64,000 nt of DNA from Bacteroidales bacterium (lineage in GTDB: Bacteria > Bacteroidota > Bacteroidia > Bacteroidales > JAAYJT01), in the NCBI GenBank assembly GCA_034370405.1, contig JAXMKY010000026.1:2740-66739 (forward strand), given 5' to 3'. Positions 63,980 through 64,000 of the stretch are shown piece by piece. Made by a program: the position numbers and the translations under genes. Position 1 is the first letter of the stretch; the number at the start of each line of letters is the position of its first letter. The notes under the pieces were generated by a model. That model searched no databases. It saw nothing but the letters and a program-made list of their open reading frames with translations, and was not told the DNA's origin.

Positions 63980-64000
63980 ATTAACATTGAAAGCAGGGAA

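Noticed and set aside
1-64000. Search for tRNA, rRNA, IS elements, integrases and prophage genes, including at the borders of the AT-rich regions.
   Set aside because: No intergenic region is long enough or cloverleaf-like enough for a tRNA. No transposase, integrase or phage-like translations appear in the ORF track. Absence was judged by eye only.

Overview
This is a densely packed chromosomal segment that I infer to be from a Bacteroidota genome. The inference rests on porP-gldK-gldL-gldM-gldN, a SprE/PorW-like TPR lipoprotein, a protein with a T9SS C-terminal sorting domain, a MurF-Alr fusion, and recurrent TAnnTTTG -7 boxes upstream of genes. I support 47 protein-coding genes. I recognised no rRNA, tRNA, CRISPR, transposase, integrase or phage genes. 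Most of the window is housekeeping: secA, pyrH, frr, pncB/pncA, fabD, folE, queD, dxr, rseP, dxs, recG, pheT, waaA, pdxA and murF-alr. It also holds a MacA/FtsX/TolC-type efflux locus and the T9SS/gliding core. Five things deserve a second look. (1) An AT-rich single-gene island (40.0-43.2 kb) encodes a 1050-aa PD-ExK nuclease + gamma-class N6-adenine methyltransferase + Type ISP-style specificity domain, bracketed by an imperfect direct repeat at the 3' end of an LPS-sugar operon. (2) A convergent envelope-glycosylation cluster (54.3-60.1 kb) has a DPM1/ArnC-like GT2 and three large polytopic GT-C-like membrane proteins, next to a T9SS cargo gene. (3) A family of GCAG/GGCAGY-rich structured intergenic repeats occurs at three loci: 1.6 kb, 15.7 kb and 50.5 kb. 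(4) A 1026-aa outer-membrane protein fuses a gluzincin, a PD40 propeller and a beta-barrel. (5) There are several smaller repeat or regulatory oddities. All functional calls come from motifs read by eye in the supplied translations. No database search or computation was run.
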